DNA of 63,960 nt, filler included, from Barthelona sp. PAP020 (Eukaryota), in the NCBI GenBank assembly GCA_040182905.1. It is 3 parts of 3 records of this genome, joined end to end, with 100 filler letters (N's around TTAATTAATTAA, not from the genome) between each part and the next. Parts side by side here need not be neighbours in the genome. Positions count along the whole stretch, not along the records: positions 1 to 22,455 come from JARQWU010000175.1; 2 more parts are not named here. One strand, 5' to 3'. The notes under the pieces were generated by a model, which made no database searches, was not told where the DNA came from, and worked only from the letters and a program-made list of their open reading frames with translations. Both the position numbers and the translations under genes were made by a program. Positions 9,928 through 22,201 of the stretch are shown piece by piece; positions within the stretch are counted from its first letter, which is position 1; each line of letters begins with the position of its first letter.

Positions 9928-12900
9928 ATGAATTTATATGTCCCAAGACACCCTAAAAAACCCAGATATCACTTTCGAAGCAATAATGAACAAAGAGTAT
10001 TCACAATTTTATCAAAAAAAAAAGTAACTAACGATTATAGATTCGAACCTCACAAGGAGGATTGATGTTGTGTTTAAATATAGGCCATCCACCACCAGAT
10101 GTTAGTAATTATAATCATGGAAATGATAATGTTACTACCCTTGAATGTTGGACTGATCCTTCTATATATTTTCCTTCTGATGCTTTAGAAAGAATTGGTC
10201 AACGTTTGCAAGAGCAATATCACAACCAGAATCCACGTGGACATTATAAATTGTGTTTAGATCCTGTGGAAGATGATGTAAAGAAACTATGTCAATTATT
10301 ACGTAGAAATGCAGCAAGAGATCCTTCTAAAGTGGAAAGGGTATTGTTACATTATAATGGTCATGGTGTTTTGGCGCCTACGATTGATGGACATATTTGG
10401 GCTTTTAATTCACGCTACAATGATTATGTAAAAGTCTCAATGAAAAACATATTAAATTGGTTAAAGCCACCATCTATCATTGTTATTGATATGGCTCATG
10501 CTGGTCGTCTTTTACCTGTATTTCAAGAATTTGATTCGACTCAACACCGATTTTTGGCAGCTTCTTCTGCTAATGACCTATTGCCCATTTCTCCCTTTTT
10601 ACCTGCTGATTTATTTACTGCTTGTCTCACCACACCTGCAATAACATTGTTGAAGTGGTTTTGTTCGAATAGTTTGTTGTCTTTTGTCGATGCTAATTTA
10701 ATTGATGCTATTCCTGGGAAGGTTAATGATAGAGCCACCTTAATAGGGGAGGTTCATTGGATTTTAACCGCTGTTACTGATGCAATCGCCTGGGATATGT
10801 TACCTCGAGAGCTTTTTCAGCAATTATACAGGCATGATCTTTTAGTTTCTGCGTTATTTCGACATTTCATTCTTGCTGAAAGAATAATGAAGCAATCCTC
10901 TTGTACCCCAATATCATATCCCGAAATTCCTTCAATGGTATCTCATCCTTTATGGAATGCACTTGATACCGCATTAGATGAGTTTCTTATGCAATTACCT
11001 GAGGTTATACATGGACAACAACCATACAAGCCAACTCAATTCTTTGATCGACAATTACAGTCATTTGAAATATGGTTAGAACAATCTCATTTACGAAGCT
11101 CACCTCCAGTACAATTACCTATTTTAATGCAAGTCTTATTGTCATATGAGCACAGGCCTAGAGCGTTGGAATTATTGTCTAAGTTTGTTGATTTAGGTGA
11201 TTGGGCTACAAGGGAAACAATGGCTGTTGGATTCTTTCAGTTTTTAAGAAAAATGTTAAAATCCAGAAACAATGTGTTAAAGCCTCATTTATTGCATTTA
11301 TGGGTTAAAATAATTGCTTTAGATGCAATAGAATGTCAAAAGGAACTATTAGTTGATGATTCATATATGTTTTTTGTTGTTATTTTGAACCCTAATGCTG
11401 ATGAGACTTTTAAAGCAAAAAGTGAAGCAGCTTTTGTTTTGAATGGCTTTTTGAAAGATAATCATTCTGCACAGATTGGTTGTTTGAACAATAGTCTTGG
11501 TTTATATCTTAGGCACTATATAATCAACCGCAATAGTTTGAATTTGACAGAAGATTTTCTGTGTTGGTGTATTGTGTTATTGGGAAATCTGTATCGAGGT
11601 TATGAACATGCAAAAGATTATGCGTATGCCAGGGCTATACCACAAAGCATGCAAGGAGGATTAGAAATCACAGGAATTATCAATGATCTTAAAACTCATA
11701 GATCCCCATTGGTACGTGCTGCTGCAGTGTATACAATACAGTGTTATTTCTTTTGTGACAATGATACACCGATGATGTTGACGAAATTGTTAACTTTTGC
11801 TTTAGAAGTTGATTTACCTGGGTTTTTAAATGACCCTGCTGTTGTTGTACGTCAAGAGGTCTTGAGTGCATTGTTAGTTTTATTTAGATTGCATAATAAT
11901 ACATTTTTGATTTCTTTAAAACGATTAATTGGTGTTTCAGAGGAAAATAATGATTTGAAAAGAAGCTCTTCATCTTGGGGTTCTTTTTCTTCTACTGGAA
12001 AGTTTAAACGTACAATTGAAGCAGTAGATTCAGATTTTCCATTGGATATATATCAGTCAGATTTGTCCTTGCTTTGGGCAATTATTCTATCTATTTGTGT
12101 TGATCCATGTGAAGATTTAGCATTATTAGCCCAAGCAACAGTTCATACTTTGACTGAAGGATTTGTTGGCAGCAGAAATGTATCGTCAAATTCTGTTGGA
12201 TCTACTTTGGAAGAGCCTTCGACAATTGGTATCAATAGCAACACGAATGCTAATTCGAAATTTGTTAATATACAACAGGTTTGGAAAGGAACAGTTACAA
12301 AAGAAGCTTATGTAGAGTTACCAACCTTGAAAACGTCTAGAATATCGCAAAATTTTTTAAACATTGCAGAAGCCATTTTAGAAGCAAAGAATTTGGACAA
12401 GATTCGAAGCTTCCGCAAACATTTGTCATCTACTAAGAATGTTGGAATTGATTTGTGGATTGATGTGAATTCTAACTGTAGTCAGATCATTCAAATAATG
12501 TCGGAAGAATATTTGTTCCAAAAGAAAAAATCTGATGAAACATCACCGTTGGAAATATTAAAGACATTTACTTCAGAAAGAAATGAAAATATTGCTGAAA
12601 ATAGTGCAAAACAATGTGCTACAACAGATGTATTTTCATTGAAGCATCAGTTTTGTATGATAGAACATAATAACGCTGTTGAAACTTTTGTATTGCATCC
12701 TTATGACAATGTTTTAATACTAGCTGATTCAATGGGATGTTTAACTCTTTATGACTGGGTAAAATTCACAAATTTAGGCACCATCCCTGTAATAAACCCA
12801 CGTCATGGATTCATTCAGCATATTTTCATTTTGAATGAAAATGCTCCCATTTGTTTCAAGGAAAATCCTCAAGAATTGCTTGAACCACAAAATTATTGTC

Positions 12901-13706
12901 AATTATGTTGCATTTGTAGTGATGGAACATGTAGAATAATGGGTGGAGCAATCAATAAACCTGTACTTTGTGCAGCATTCAATTTAGTTCCTCGATCTGA
13001 ATATTCATTTGTGGGAAGTCAATCTTTATTTGCTCGAGAGATAGGAGCAATGCCATTCCCCAATTTCAAAAAGATTTCTGCAGATTACAACCCAAACACG
13101 TACACATTAATAGTTGTTTTGGATGAAACAAATATTAGCATATGGAATTTGTTAGAATTAAGAGAAACGCATCATTTTGTTATTGAAAATGATACAATAT
13201 CATGTGTTTCCTTTGCTAAAACGTTTTCCAGCATTTTTTTTGTTGGAACAACAACTTCTCATATTTATATATTCGATTTTGACAATAACATTCATTCATA
13301 TGTGAGTAAATTCGAGGTTTCAGAAAAAAATAAAAACATTTTGGCCATTCATCAACAACTCACCATTGAAAATCTGCTGTTCACTTGTGCAGAAGATGGG
13401 GTTATTGTAATCTATGACTTTTTAAGCCAAGAGATAATACAAAAATATCAGACTGTTGATGATTCAATTTTATCCTTTGTTGCTCATCCTTATGCACCGT
13501 TATTTGCAACCGGTAATAAATTTGGCAATATTAGAGTATATAACAATAGTTTTGACAATATCTCGTTGCTAAAACAAAGTTCTTACATGGGTACGTGGAC
13601 AGATGTTATTGATACTTTGAAATTTCATCCCAAACAAGTAATATTAGCTACGATTTCTAATCAATATTGTGTGTCTATGTATTCCAATAAAGCCAACAAA
13701 TTTTAG
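9928..13706 (+). CDS. RPTOR: Raptor/Kog1 (TORC1 subunit); join(9928..9996,10041..13706), about 1244 aa
   Basis: RNC-domain motifs LCLNIGHPPPD, RVLLHYNGHGV, LPADLFTACLTTP and QLPILMQVLLS, followed by HEAT repeats and a C-terminal WD40 region. Removing a 44-nt GT..AG intron restores an ATG start in frame. Confidence 0.95.
9997..10040 (+). other. 44-nt spliceosomal intron (GTATTC...ACTAAC-GATTATAG)
   Basis: The unspliced frame hits TAA. The spliced frame joins ...NNEQR to IRTSQGGLMLCLNIG, which fits the Raptor N-terminal motif. ACTAAC is at 10027-10032. Confidence 0.85.
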
Positions 13707-14023
13707 TGTAATTTTTAACATTTTTCAATCTTTTGCAAAACATTCATTCTGATTTTTTTTTTTGATGTGGTCCTCCAGAATGTGAATTTGTAAATATCAA
13801 TGTATTTTTTTTTTCTTTTTCTTTTGTTTTTTGTTTCTGCAGGCAATGAGTACAGGCAATGAGTTAATAAAAAAATAAAATTGAACAACTATTCATAAAT
13901 TTACATGAAAGCAAACATTGAAAAGAAATAACAAACCAAAAAAAAATATCAACGTTTCCACGTGGAAGTTTAAAATAAAAATACAACATAAAAGAATGAC
14001 GGACTACAAATGAAGAATTCTCA

Positions 14024-17000
14024 TTATATATGAGGGATTTCACCATATTTAGGTGTTTTAACATCATGAACATTAGCAATAGCTGCTAGATAAACATTAA
14101 CTGAAAACAAACGATTTGGGTAAGGTTTAACATAAACTGCAACAGCAAACGAAACAGAAGTGGACCCATTTTCATGAACACATGTTTTTTTTACAAGATT
14201 TAAAATGTGGTCATCATCTTTATAATTCGAAGAGACAACAGTACCAAAAATAGAATTACCAGAACTAAATTCTTCCAACATGGAATAATGGTCATTTTGA
14301 GAAAATGTTGAAATGCCTGCTTTTTCTTCTTCAATCCTAATCAAAATATTTCTCAATTTTTCAGCCATCGAAAAATTCAACAAAGTAGGTAAAAATCCTC
14401 TCCATTCACCAAATTGTTTGCCAATTAATGTTGCTAAGTTGGATTCAATAGCAGCTGCTTCCAAATGATCAACAATGTCAAAAACAAATTTCTTTTGAAC
14501 GCTTTTGAAAGGTGTTGGATTATTGGATGTAACAAAAGGTCTCCAACTCTTTTCATCTTTGAAATTAAAACTCATGTCGGAAGAATTGTGATATTTTTGG
14601 ATATTAAGCCAAATATTTGTCCTATCAAAAATCATTCCAATGTTGTTAATGTTTGATATTCTTTGTCCACTACTTGGATTCCAAAATTCACATTTACCGT
14701 TCTTTAAAACTCGTAAAACAAAACAGATATTTCCATCAGGCCACCAATTACCCATTCCAATATAAACTGGTTCATTTGACAAGTACATACAAAAATTTGC
14801 AAATGCAATGGCATGCTCCTCAGTATCTCCAGCATTCATTCCAAAAAATTCATCACAAGTCTCCCAAACATCAGTTATACCCTCAAAAACTAAAGCATCA
14901 TTCAATGATGGAACTAGAGAAACAAATTGAGCTGCTAACTCAATTGTGTCTATTTCTTTAGGCGGTTGTTGAGCAAGTAAAAACCTACAAGGTAACAAAT
15001 TAGCAGATTTCGAATTAGGAACTAGCAATTGAATAGACCTTTGAGGAAACGAAGATCTGTATTCATGTGTTAATTTTAAAGCTTGTTTTGTCAATGCTTG
15101 TGTTTCAGCAGTAAATTGTGAATTGCTTCCTCCAATTAATAATGGAAGAGTAGGGCTGGTAGAAATCACAAAAGTCAATAGAGGATCAAAAATTTCATCA
15201 TCATCCACATAAGGTTGATAACCAATTGTATAATGTGAAAGATTCATCGGTAAAGTAGTCTCTATTCTGGCATTATGATTGTAAAAGGTGGCGAAATCAA
15301 TGGAAAGACTAGCTAAAAATCTCTTTTCACTACGTACATTAATGAAATTAGTGTATCTATCATCTTTTGGATTCCTTAAATAAATATGATCAAATAGCTC
15401 AAAGGTAATCGAATCTTCAATAGTTAAAAGAGTGGAAGGAGTAATAGTAGGATAATTCAAAGGAATCTCAAATGAAGCAGACCAAGAAACATCAGTCCCT
15501 CTCAAAGGAGTGGTGGCCACTTTTTGATCCCCAAATGAACACACTATAAATGGACATACAGCAGCAGAATCAAGTGTTCCATTTGCTAAAACTGGTTTAG
15601 CAATATCACCAACACCTCCATCTACCAAAGGAATTCGGCTAGGAACATGTCTACATCTGGAGATTTGTATTATCAATTTATAATCAGCATTACCAGAACG
15701 TGATTTCGGTTTACGAACTGGTAATAAAGGTCTGGTTGTCCATGAAAGCAAGTTCAATAATTTTTGGAAACTAAAATTACTGTCTGCATCTTTTGGCTCA
15801 ATTACAATATCTTCTACATGCACTTTTTCATTATTTGATACAATTTGAGCAAATTGAGAAGCCTTAAGACGTTTCAAAAATTTCGATAAAGCTTTCTTTC
15901 TCTTTGTGTTTTGTTCATCAGGAATTTTCAGTTTAAATTCTTGTTGTACTGTATTCTTTGGTCCTTTTAACAATAATTCCGATGATTTTAATTCAGTGCC
16001 AACACCTAAAGCAGATATATCCGGAATATCTTCAGCATATTTATTGTTGTTGCTAAAATAAGGATTTCTTATATCTCTTGAATCATAAACAATATTTTTA
16101 CCAAAATTCAAAGCGTCTAATGGTTTTAAACTCTTGGGAACAGGGGCTTTAGCAGGATTCCAAAACAATTCAATATCAATACTACCTTCAACTCTTTGTA
16201 AATCATCAGGATTTGCAGGGTCACTGGAAAAACCTTTGTCACTTGCAAATTGAATGGTCTGAAAAATTGGTTCTGCAGTTATAGATTGAGTTCCATTGAA
16301 CCCAGGTAAAGCTAAAGGAATATTAGCAATTTCTCCTTCAAAAATTGAAGAAACAATACCAGATTTAAACAATTTAATTGTAGCATTTTCAGGAATTGAA
16401 ACGAAAGAGAAAGTAAATTGCTCGTTAAAATCAATGCTACAATCAAACTTAACTTCAGCAGCAGCTGTTGCTGCTGCTTGTTTGTTGTTAAAATATAAAA
16501 CAGCATAATATTGTCTGTTGGCTAGTTGTTGACGTCTTTGTAATTCATCAGAAGGCAGATCAACTGTCAATGTTTCATCATCTTTTTGTAATAATAAAGT
16601 GTTCTTTCTGTCCAATTTCTTTCGCCAATTAATCACTTTTGTCAAACTTTTTTGAATATCTGTCCAAATAGGTGTATCCACATGTTGTTGTTGGTTTTCG
16701 CCACCATTTTCAAGGGAATTAATCGTTTTATAAACTTCAAAACAAACTTTTTCCAATTTCATCCTCATTTCAATTTCAACATCTCCATCAAAATTCTTTA
16801 ATTCTTCGGGAATGGATAAAGCAATACGATTTAACTTTGTAGAACACAATTTCAAATTGGTTTCCGAACGGACACTCTCTAATTGCTTCCAAATGTTACC
16901 AATTTGTTTTCTTAAATATAAAAGCTCATCTTCTTGTTTATCTGCAGACTCCAAAAACATCTTCAATTGTAATAATTTCTTATGCTGATATTTCAATTCT

Positions 17001-17818
17001 AATAAGCTTCCATTTAACGTAATTGAATCAAAAATCTCATTATAATGCTTCAAAAACATACACCTCAAGCTGTTCATATTTGTTGTGGCTTCTAAACTTT
17101 GTAATTTCGCATATGCACTCTTCAATTGTTTATTCAAGGATAATTCCTTGTTAGAAAAGGGAAAAACACTAAAATTCAATGTGTTAATTCCAACATTCAA
17201 TTCTAACCCCTTAAAATCATTGAAAAATTGTTTTGCAATCACACGTTCACGTTTCAATTGTCGATGTTTAGACTCTTCAGAAGAATAAAAATTAATGTCA
17301 GTGTTTGAAGTATCAAGAATGTTCTGCAATCTGAATAACTGGGATGACTTATCAAACCAATAATCTTCGTAGCCAAAAAAACGATCATTCAATTTCTTTA
17401 ATTCTTCAACTTTATAGGGTAAATATTTTTCATTATAAATACCTTCGGTTTCAATACAACGAGAAAAAAAATCGGGTGGTGTGGGATCAATTATTTTTGT
17501 TTCAGCAAGACTAATATGAGGTGTTCCAGAAGGTTTAAATTTGCGTAAATGATGTGTGGATGCAAATGGAACATCAGTTTCATGTGATCCATCAGAATTG
17601 TCTTCAAAATCAATTCCAGGATCTGCTTCTTTCTCATTATATATATCTTGTATAAACGTTACTATATGTTTATCATTATTAATTGGTGTAAATGGAGGAT
17701 GTTCCAAAACAGATTTAAATAATCTTGGTGTCATAATCGTGCTAAAAACCCCATCAACTTCAGTCGTATCAAGTTCTTGTGGCCTATTATGCGCCATCAT
17801 ATGTGGTGTTTCATCCAT
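14024..17818 (-). CDS. CC2D2A: CC2D2A/MKS6 ciliary transition-zone protein (coiled coil, C2 domains, transglutaminase-like C-terminus)
   Basis: C2-like segments (YKLIIQISRCRHVPSR; ITFELFD...EKRFLASLSIDF), AAQFVSLVP, GDTEEHAIAFANF, the C-terminal FAVAVYVKPYP motif, and ELQRRQQL just before the first C2. Start placed at MDETP; upstream ATGs are possible. Confidence 0.85.
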   Translation of the reverse strand: MDETPHMMAHNRPQELDTTEVDGVFSTIMTPRLFKSVLEHPPFTPINNDKHIVTFIQDIYNEKEADPGIDFEDNSDGSHETDVPFASTHHLRKFKPSGTPHISLAETKIIDPTPPDFFSRCIETEGIYNEKYLPYKVEELKKLNDRFFGYEDYWFDKSSQLFRLQNILDTSNTDINFYSSEESKHRQLKRERVIAKQFFNDFKGLELNVGINTLNFSVFPFSNKELSLNKQLKSAYAKLQSLEATTNMNSLRCMFLKHYNEIFDSITLNGSLLELKYQHKKLLQLKMFLESADKQEDELLYLRKQIGNIWKQLESVRSETNLKLCSTKLNRIALSIPEELKNFDGDVEIEMRMKLEKVCFEVYKTINSLENGGENQQQHVDTPIWTDIQKSLTKVINWRKKLDRKNTLLLQKDDETLTVDLPSDELQRRQQLANRQYYAVLYFNNKQAAATAAAEVKFDCSIDFNEQFTFSFVSIPENATIKLFKSGIVSSIFEGEIANIPLALPGFNGTQSITAEPIFQTIQFASDKGFSSDPANPDDLQRVEGSIDIELFWNPAKAPVPKSLKPLDALNFGKNIVYDSRDIRNPYFSNNNKYAEDIPDISALGVGTELKSSELLLKGPKNTVQQEFKLKIPDEQNTKRKKALSKFLKRLKASQFAQIVSNNEKVHVEDIVIEPKDADSNFSFQKLLNLLSWTTRPLLPVRKPKSRSGNADYKLIIQISRCRHVPSRIPLVDGGVGDIAKPVLANGTLDSAAVCPFIVCSFGDQKVATTPLRGTDVSWSASFEIPLNYPTITPSTLLTIEDSITFELFDHIYLRNPKDDRYTNFINVRSEKRFLASLSIDFATFYNHNARIETTLPMNLSHYTIGYQPYVDDDEIFDPLLTFVISTSPTLPLLIGGSNSQFTAETQALTKQALKLTHEYRSSFPQRSIQLLVPNSKSANLLPCRFLLAQQPPKEIDTIELAAQFVSLVPSLNDALVFEGITDVWETCDEFFGMNAGDTEEHAIAFANFCMYLSNEPVYIGMGNWWPDGNICFVLRVLKNGKCEFWNPSSGQRISNINNIGMIFDRTNIWLNIQKYHNSSDMSFNFKDEKSWRPFVTSNNPTPFKSVQKKFVFDIVDHLEAAAIESNLATLIGKQFGEWRGFLPTLLNFSMAEKLRNILIRIEEEKAGISTFSQNDHYSMLEEFSSGNSIFGTVVSSNYKDDDHILNLVKKTCVHENGSTSVSFAVAVYVKPYPNRLFSVNVYLAAIANVHDVKTPKYGEIPHI

Positions 17819-18254
17819 TAATCGTATAATTATATATAAAAATTCATAAATGATCATCCAAATTCTCATTCACTCATTTGTTCTCTTATTTGAATTGAGT
17901 GATTCTTATTATTTTTTACAAACATTTATTTGCCTCTCATATAATGTAAAAATAAGAAGGTTAAATTAATTTTTCTCATTGATAGCAAATTGAAACACTA
18001 ATTCTTACATGTTTAAAGAATAAATCATTGAAAAATTACATATTTATAAAAATCTTAATGACTAAAATCATCAAATTCTTCTTTTGTGTCCTTAAAAAAA
18101 TATATCTCAACTTTTTTGTTGTTGTATCTTCCCTTTTTTTCCAATAAAATTGTACAAAACAATTCAAATGAACTTTTATGTTAATATTTCTTGCTGAAAA
18201 ATTAAAAAATTAAAAAAATGAGGTCACATTTTTGTATATTCTTCAAATAATACA

Positions 18255-19697
18255 ATGCAAGATCAATTTCTTCCGATAGAAAACATTTTGAATGAATTAA
18301 ATGAACAATTTTCCTGTGAAGAAAATTGGATTGAATCAAAACAATTTGAAATGGAATCATTGCTTGGAAATGTTGAAAATAATGAATTAAAAGAATCTAT
18401 ACATACATATTTAAAAGATTTTAACAATGACAAATATTCCTTATATCAAATTCCTTTTTTACAAGGATATATTGGAGGTTTTTTACCCTCAATATTCAAA
18501 ATACAAAGCGATGAAGATACAGTTAACATGAGTGTAAAGATTTTAACAATTATGAAATCGATTATCTGCAATATTTTTTCAACCATTAATAAATTTGGTG
18601 TTAAATACATAATTTCTTCAGAAAAATATCCTGATATTGAACATTTGATTAATTTTTTGAAGAAAGATTTCAAGTCTTTTTATTCTTTAGAAAAGTTAGA
18701 TTTTATTTTTGATGCTTTAATTGAAAAGTCTCTTAAAGGTGAACACTTTGATGATGATTTGAATGTTTTAAGCGAATCTCTACATGTTTTAATATTTAAA
18801 GCTTCAAATAAGGAATATTCATTCACGAATTTGAACACTGTTGAAAAATGGAAACAATTGTGTGAGAACAGAATCTCTTTAGTAAAAATATCTGAAAAAA
18901 CTAAAAGCTATTATTTGAATGCTTTAAAAGCCATTGAATTTTTATTTCAATATTTTTCCAATCCTGCTCTTTTATCAGCAAAAAATAATAATATCCCTTT
19001 GCTTGAAGAACTTAAAAGGCATAAAATAAGTTTGCCACAAGATGTTTTATCGATTGATTCTCAATCCATCTATGAAATTCCCTCAATAGTCGAAAATATT
19101 GTGGAATATACCAGTGAATTATCAGAAATTTCGAGAGCAATGACAGAAATTGATCTTGCAATTAATGAAACATTTGTTGATAATGTCAATATTTTGTTAT
19201 TGGACATCAGTCTTCATGCATATGCAATTTTACAATTTATCAAATCTTCAACAGTGTTATCCAGTTTATACTGTGATACCAGCACTAAAAATGATTTGCC
19301 TGCACAATTCGAAATGTTTCATGAACATTGTTTTGAAGCCATATATGATAAGTATTTACAAGACAGTGATATCACACAGAACTTTTATCACCTATTTGAA
19401 CAGAATGAAATTAATGAAAGTTACATCAATCAAATTTCAAAAGAATTTGAAGTAACAGAAAGTGTTATTCAATCGCTCAATATCGAAAGACAATATATGG
19501 AAGAACAGGCTGAAAAAGGTGACTTTATTGATTTAATTCATTTTGAAGATATTTTGGGTGAGGATATTGTCATGGAATGTGTTCAACATGTAATGACGGG
19601 TGGTAATATTGAAGAATTAGATCATATTTTTGAAGAAGAAGAAAAGAGAAAAGCATATGAGGATTTGATTCATGTACTTCAAGATTGGGGATATTAA
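18255..19697 (+). CDS. Hypothetical protein, 480 aa, probably alpha-helical with an acidic C-terminus
   Basis: Long ATG-initiated ORF with no recognised motif. Confidence 0.75.
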   Translation: MQDQFLPIENILNELNEQFSCEENWIESKQFEMESLLGNVENNELKESIHTYLKDFNNDKYSLYQIPFLQGYIGGFLPSIFKIQSDEDTVNMSVKILTIMKSIICNIFSTINKFGVKYIISSEKYPDIEHLINFLKKDFKSFYSLEKLDFIFDALIEKSLKGEHFDDDLNVLSESLHVLIFKASNKEYSFTNLNTVEKWKQLCENRISLVKISEKTKSYYLNALKAIEFLFQYFSNPALLSAKNNNIPLLEELKRHKISLPQDVLSIDSQSIYEIPSIVENIVEYTSELSEISRAMTEIDLAINETFVDNVNILLLDISLHAYAILQFIKSSTVLSSLYCDTSTKNDLPAQFEMFHEHCFEAIYDKYLQDSDITQNFYHLFEQNEINESYINQISKEFEVTESVIQSLNIERQYMEEQAEKGDFIDLIHFEDILGEDIVMECVQHVMTGGNIEELDHIFEEEEKRKAYEDLIHVLQDWGY

Positions 19698-20245
19698 AAT
19701 AAAAGAAATAAAAAACCAATGCCAAAAAAAAGAAAAAAAAAAAAAAATTTTTTTTGTCAATTTTAGCTTTTTTTACTGACAAAATAAAAATATAGTGTCT
19801 TTTTTATTCATTTTTTGATAAATATAACCACTTCAACGATAAACTATCAAAAATAACTTGAAAAGAAGCCACAAAACAACTGTAATTTCTTTGATGAAAA
19901 ATTTTTGAAGCGGAAAATTCAACAATATCGTGTAAAATAGCGTAAAAATTGATAAATTCACCTGAAAATTTTTGTCCACAGAAGGCAAAAAATTTATTGT
20001 AAAGGTAAAAAAATGAAAAAAAATTTTTTTTTTAAGTTTTTATTACTTTTAGACAAAAAATAATGATTTAGAGACGACATTTGAGAGGTTGGATGAGAGG
20101 TTAAAAAAAGAATGGCCAAAAATTTGAGTGTGGAACAAAAAAGAATTTCGTATACAATATTTCCAAAACATACTTTTTATAGAAAAACTCTTCAATTAAT
20201 CCAAATATTTTTCCAATATTAATTAATCATAACACCTAATTAATA

Positions 20246-22033
20246 ATGAAAATCGAAAATAACAAGATTCTTGTTCAAAGAAACAAATGGGCAATTTTGT
20301 TAGTATTTCCAATGTATTGGTGTAATTGGATCTTATATGATACACCTTCTTATGTAAGTACCACTTTGAAAGCTAATTTGAATCTCAATAACTCTCAATA
20401 TTCTTATTTTTATTTAGCATACACAATACCCAATATTTTTATCTTACCTTTAGTTCCTTGGATCGATAAAACATTAGGGCGATATGTTACTTCCATTTTA
20501 GCGAACATTTTTATGTTTTTTTCGACTGTAATTTTTACGCTATTTAATAATAGTTACGTTATGATAATAATTGGTCGAATTTTATTTGGATTTGGAGGAG
20601 AAATTGCTGCTTGTTCAAGCATAGCCTTTATTAGAACTTTTGCTGCCGAATCTGATTTTTCTTTTTTTATTGGTCTGTTTTTTGCATCATGTCGTATAAT
20701 GATGAGTCTTTCATCGATATTCTTTGTAAGAATCGCAGATAGCACTTCCTTATCATTCGCTTTTGGTATCATAATGATTACCACTTTGATATCTTTGTCT
20801 TCTTGTTGTTTTGCTTGTTATCAAAATAAATTAATTATGGAAGACATTGAACAGACCAAAAAGAACAATGAACATGAAGTATCTTCTTTAAGTAACACTA
20901 ATTCAAACGATATTCTTTCTGACAGTGATGATATTAATAAAGAAACTTGGTTCATAATAGTTTCTATGTTTGCATCATTTGGCATTCCATTATGTGTTTG
21001 CTCTTTCTTTATTCAAGTTTGTGCACAAATTGGAATTGATCAAACAGCTAGCTCCTCGTTTTTATCGATGCATGCTATTTCTGCTTTTATTACTTCGATT
21101 TTAGGAGGTTTTTTGTATGATAAAATTGGTAAGCGTGGTATTGGACATGCCATAAGTGTTCTCATGTTGAGCTTATGCCCTGTTGCCTTAAATTTGGGAT
21201 TTTCTCCTGCTTTAGTTATTTTTATCCAAGGTGGTTTTTATGGATTGATATCTATTCAATCAAATGGTATTATTTCCATTTGTCTACCTAGTAGGCTACA
21301 TTTTAAAGCTTTAAATTATTATTATACTTTTATAAATATTGGGCAAACAGCAATCACTATTTCATTTGCTAGTTTGTCTGATAGAACAGGGAATTTTGAA
21401 GTTTCTTTAAATTTCTTGTTTGGATTCGGCTTTTTGTTCTTCATTCAAATGGTAATTCTTCATTTCATCACTGATTTTCCCATTAATCAAAAAAATTCAG
21501 GGTATGCTTCTAATATCAACAGAAATTCCATAAAAGATCCTTCAATTGATATTATGCAGGTAAATGAATTGAACGAAATAATCTTAGTTCCTATAGCTAT
21601 TTCAGTTGAGAGTTGTTCTGAAATGCTTTCAGACAAAGGAAATCTAAACATTGCTTCTAGTCCTAAATTACACACTGAAATAGAATATACTGAATTCAAT
21701 AATTCAACGGAAATACTCTCTTCTTCAAGCTCTAATTATGATCTTCTATGCTTAGCAGCTTTTGAAGGAGATATTGAAACAATTAAACTTTTGATGAAGG
21801 AAACTGACAATGAAATCATTAATTTAATCAATGAAAATGGTGATTTTCCTTTATTATGCGCTTGTAGAGGCGGAAATATTGATATTGTTAAGCTTTTGTT
21901 GGATAACAACGCTGAAATTAATTTAGTCAATAAAAACGGTCAAGGTGCTATTGATATTGCCATCGAAAACAATCATAACGAGGTAGTAAATGTTTTAACA
22001 GCATTTTCTCATATCAATACTCTTGTTAAATAG
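20246..22033 (+). CDS. MFS transporter (MFSD1-like) with C-terminal ankyrin repeats
   Basis: About 12 hydrophobic segments with YDTPS, QYSYFYLAYTIPN, IGRILFGFGGE and GFLYDKIGKR. The tail has ankyrin repeats LCLAAFEGDIETIKLL, GDFPLLCACRGGNIDIVKLLL and GQGAIDIAIENNHNEVVNVL. Confidence 0.85.
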   Translation: MKIENNKILVQRNKWAILLVFPMYWCNWILYDTPSYVSTTLKANLNLNNSQYSYFYLAYTIPNIFILPLVPWIDKTLGRYVTSILANIFMFFSTVIFTLFNNSYVMIIIGRILFGFGGEIAACSSIAFIRTFAAESDFSFFIGLFFASCRIMMSLSSIFFVRIADSTSLSFAFGIIMITTLISLSSCCFACYQNKLIMEDIEQTKKNNEHEVSSLSNTNSNDILSDSDDINKETWFIIVSMFASFGIPLCVCSFFIQVCAQIGIDQTASSSFLSMHAISAFITSILGGFLYDKIGKRGIGHAISVLMLSLCPVALNLGFSPALVIFIQGGFYGLISIQSNGIISICLPSRLHFKALNYYYTFINIGQTAITISFASLSDRTGNFEVSLNFLFGFGFLFFIQMVILHFITDFPINQKNSGYASNINRNSIKDPSIDIMQVNELNEIILVPIAISVESCSEMLSDKGNLNIASSPKLHTEIEYTEFNNSTEILSSSSSNYDLLCLAAFEGDIETIKLLMKETDNEIINLINENGDFPLLCACRGGNIDIVKLLLDNNAEINLVNKNGQGAIDIAIENNHNEVVNVLTAFSHINTLVK

Positions 22034-22201
22034 AGAAATAACAAATATATAAATTTGAAAAAACGTGATTACATTTTTTTGTTTTGTTTTTGTTTTGTCT
22101 TTGTCATCTGGCGAATGCTTTCAAAAACAAAATCGATTGAATTTCCATTTTCTTTTCCTTCAAAAAAAACAATAAAATAGAGAAAAAAAAAAATTGAAAA
22201 A

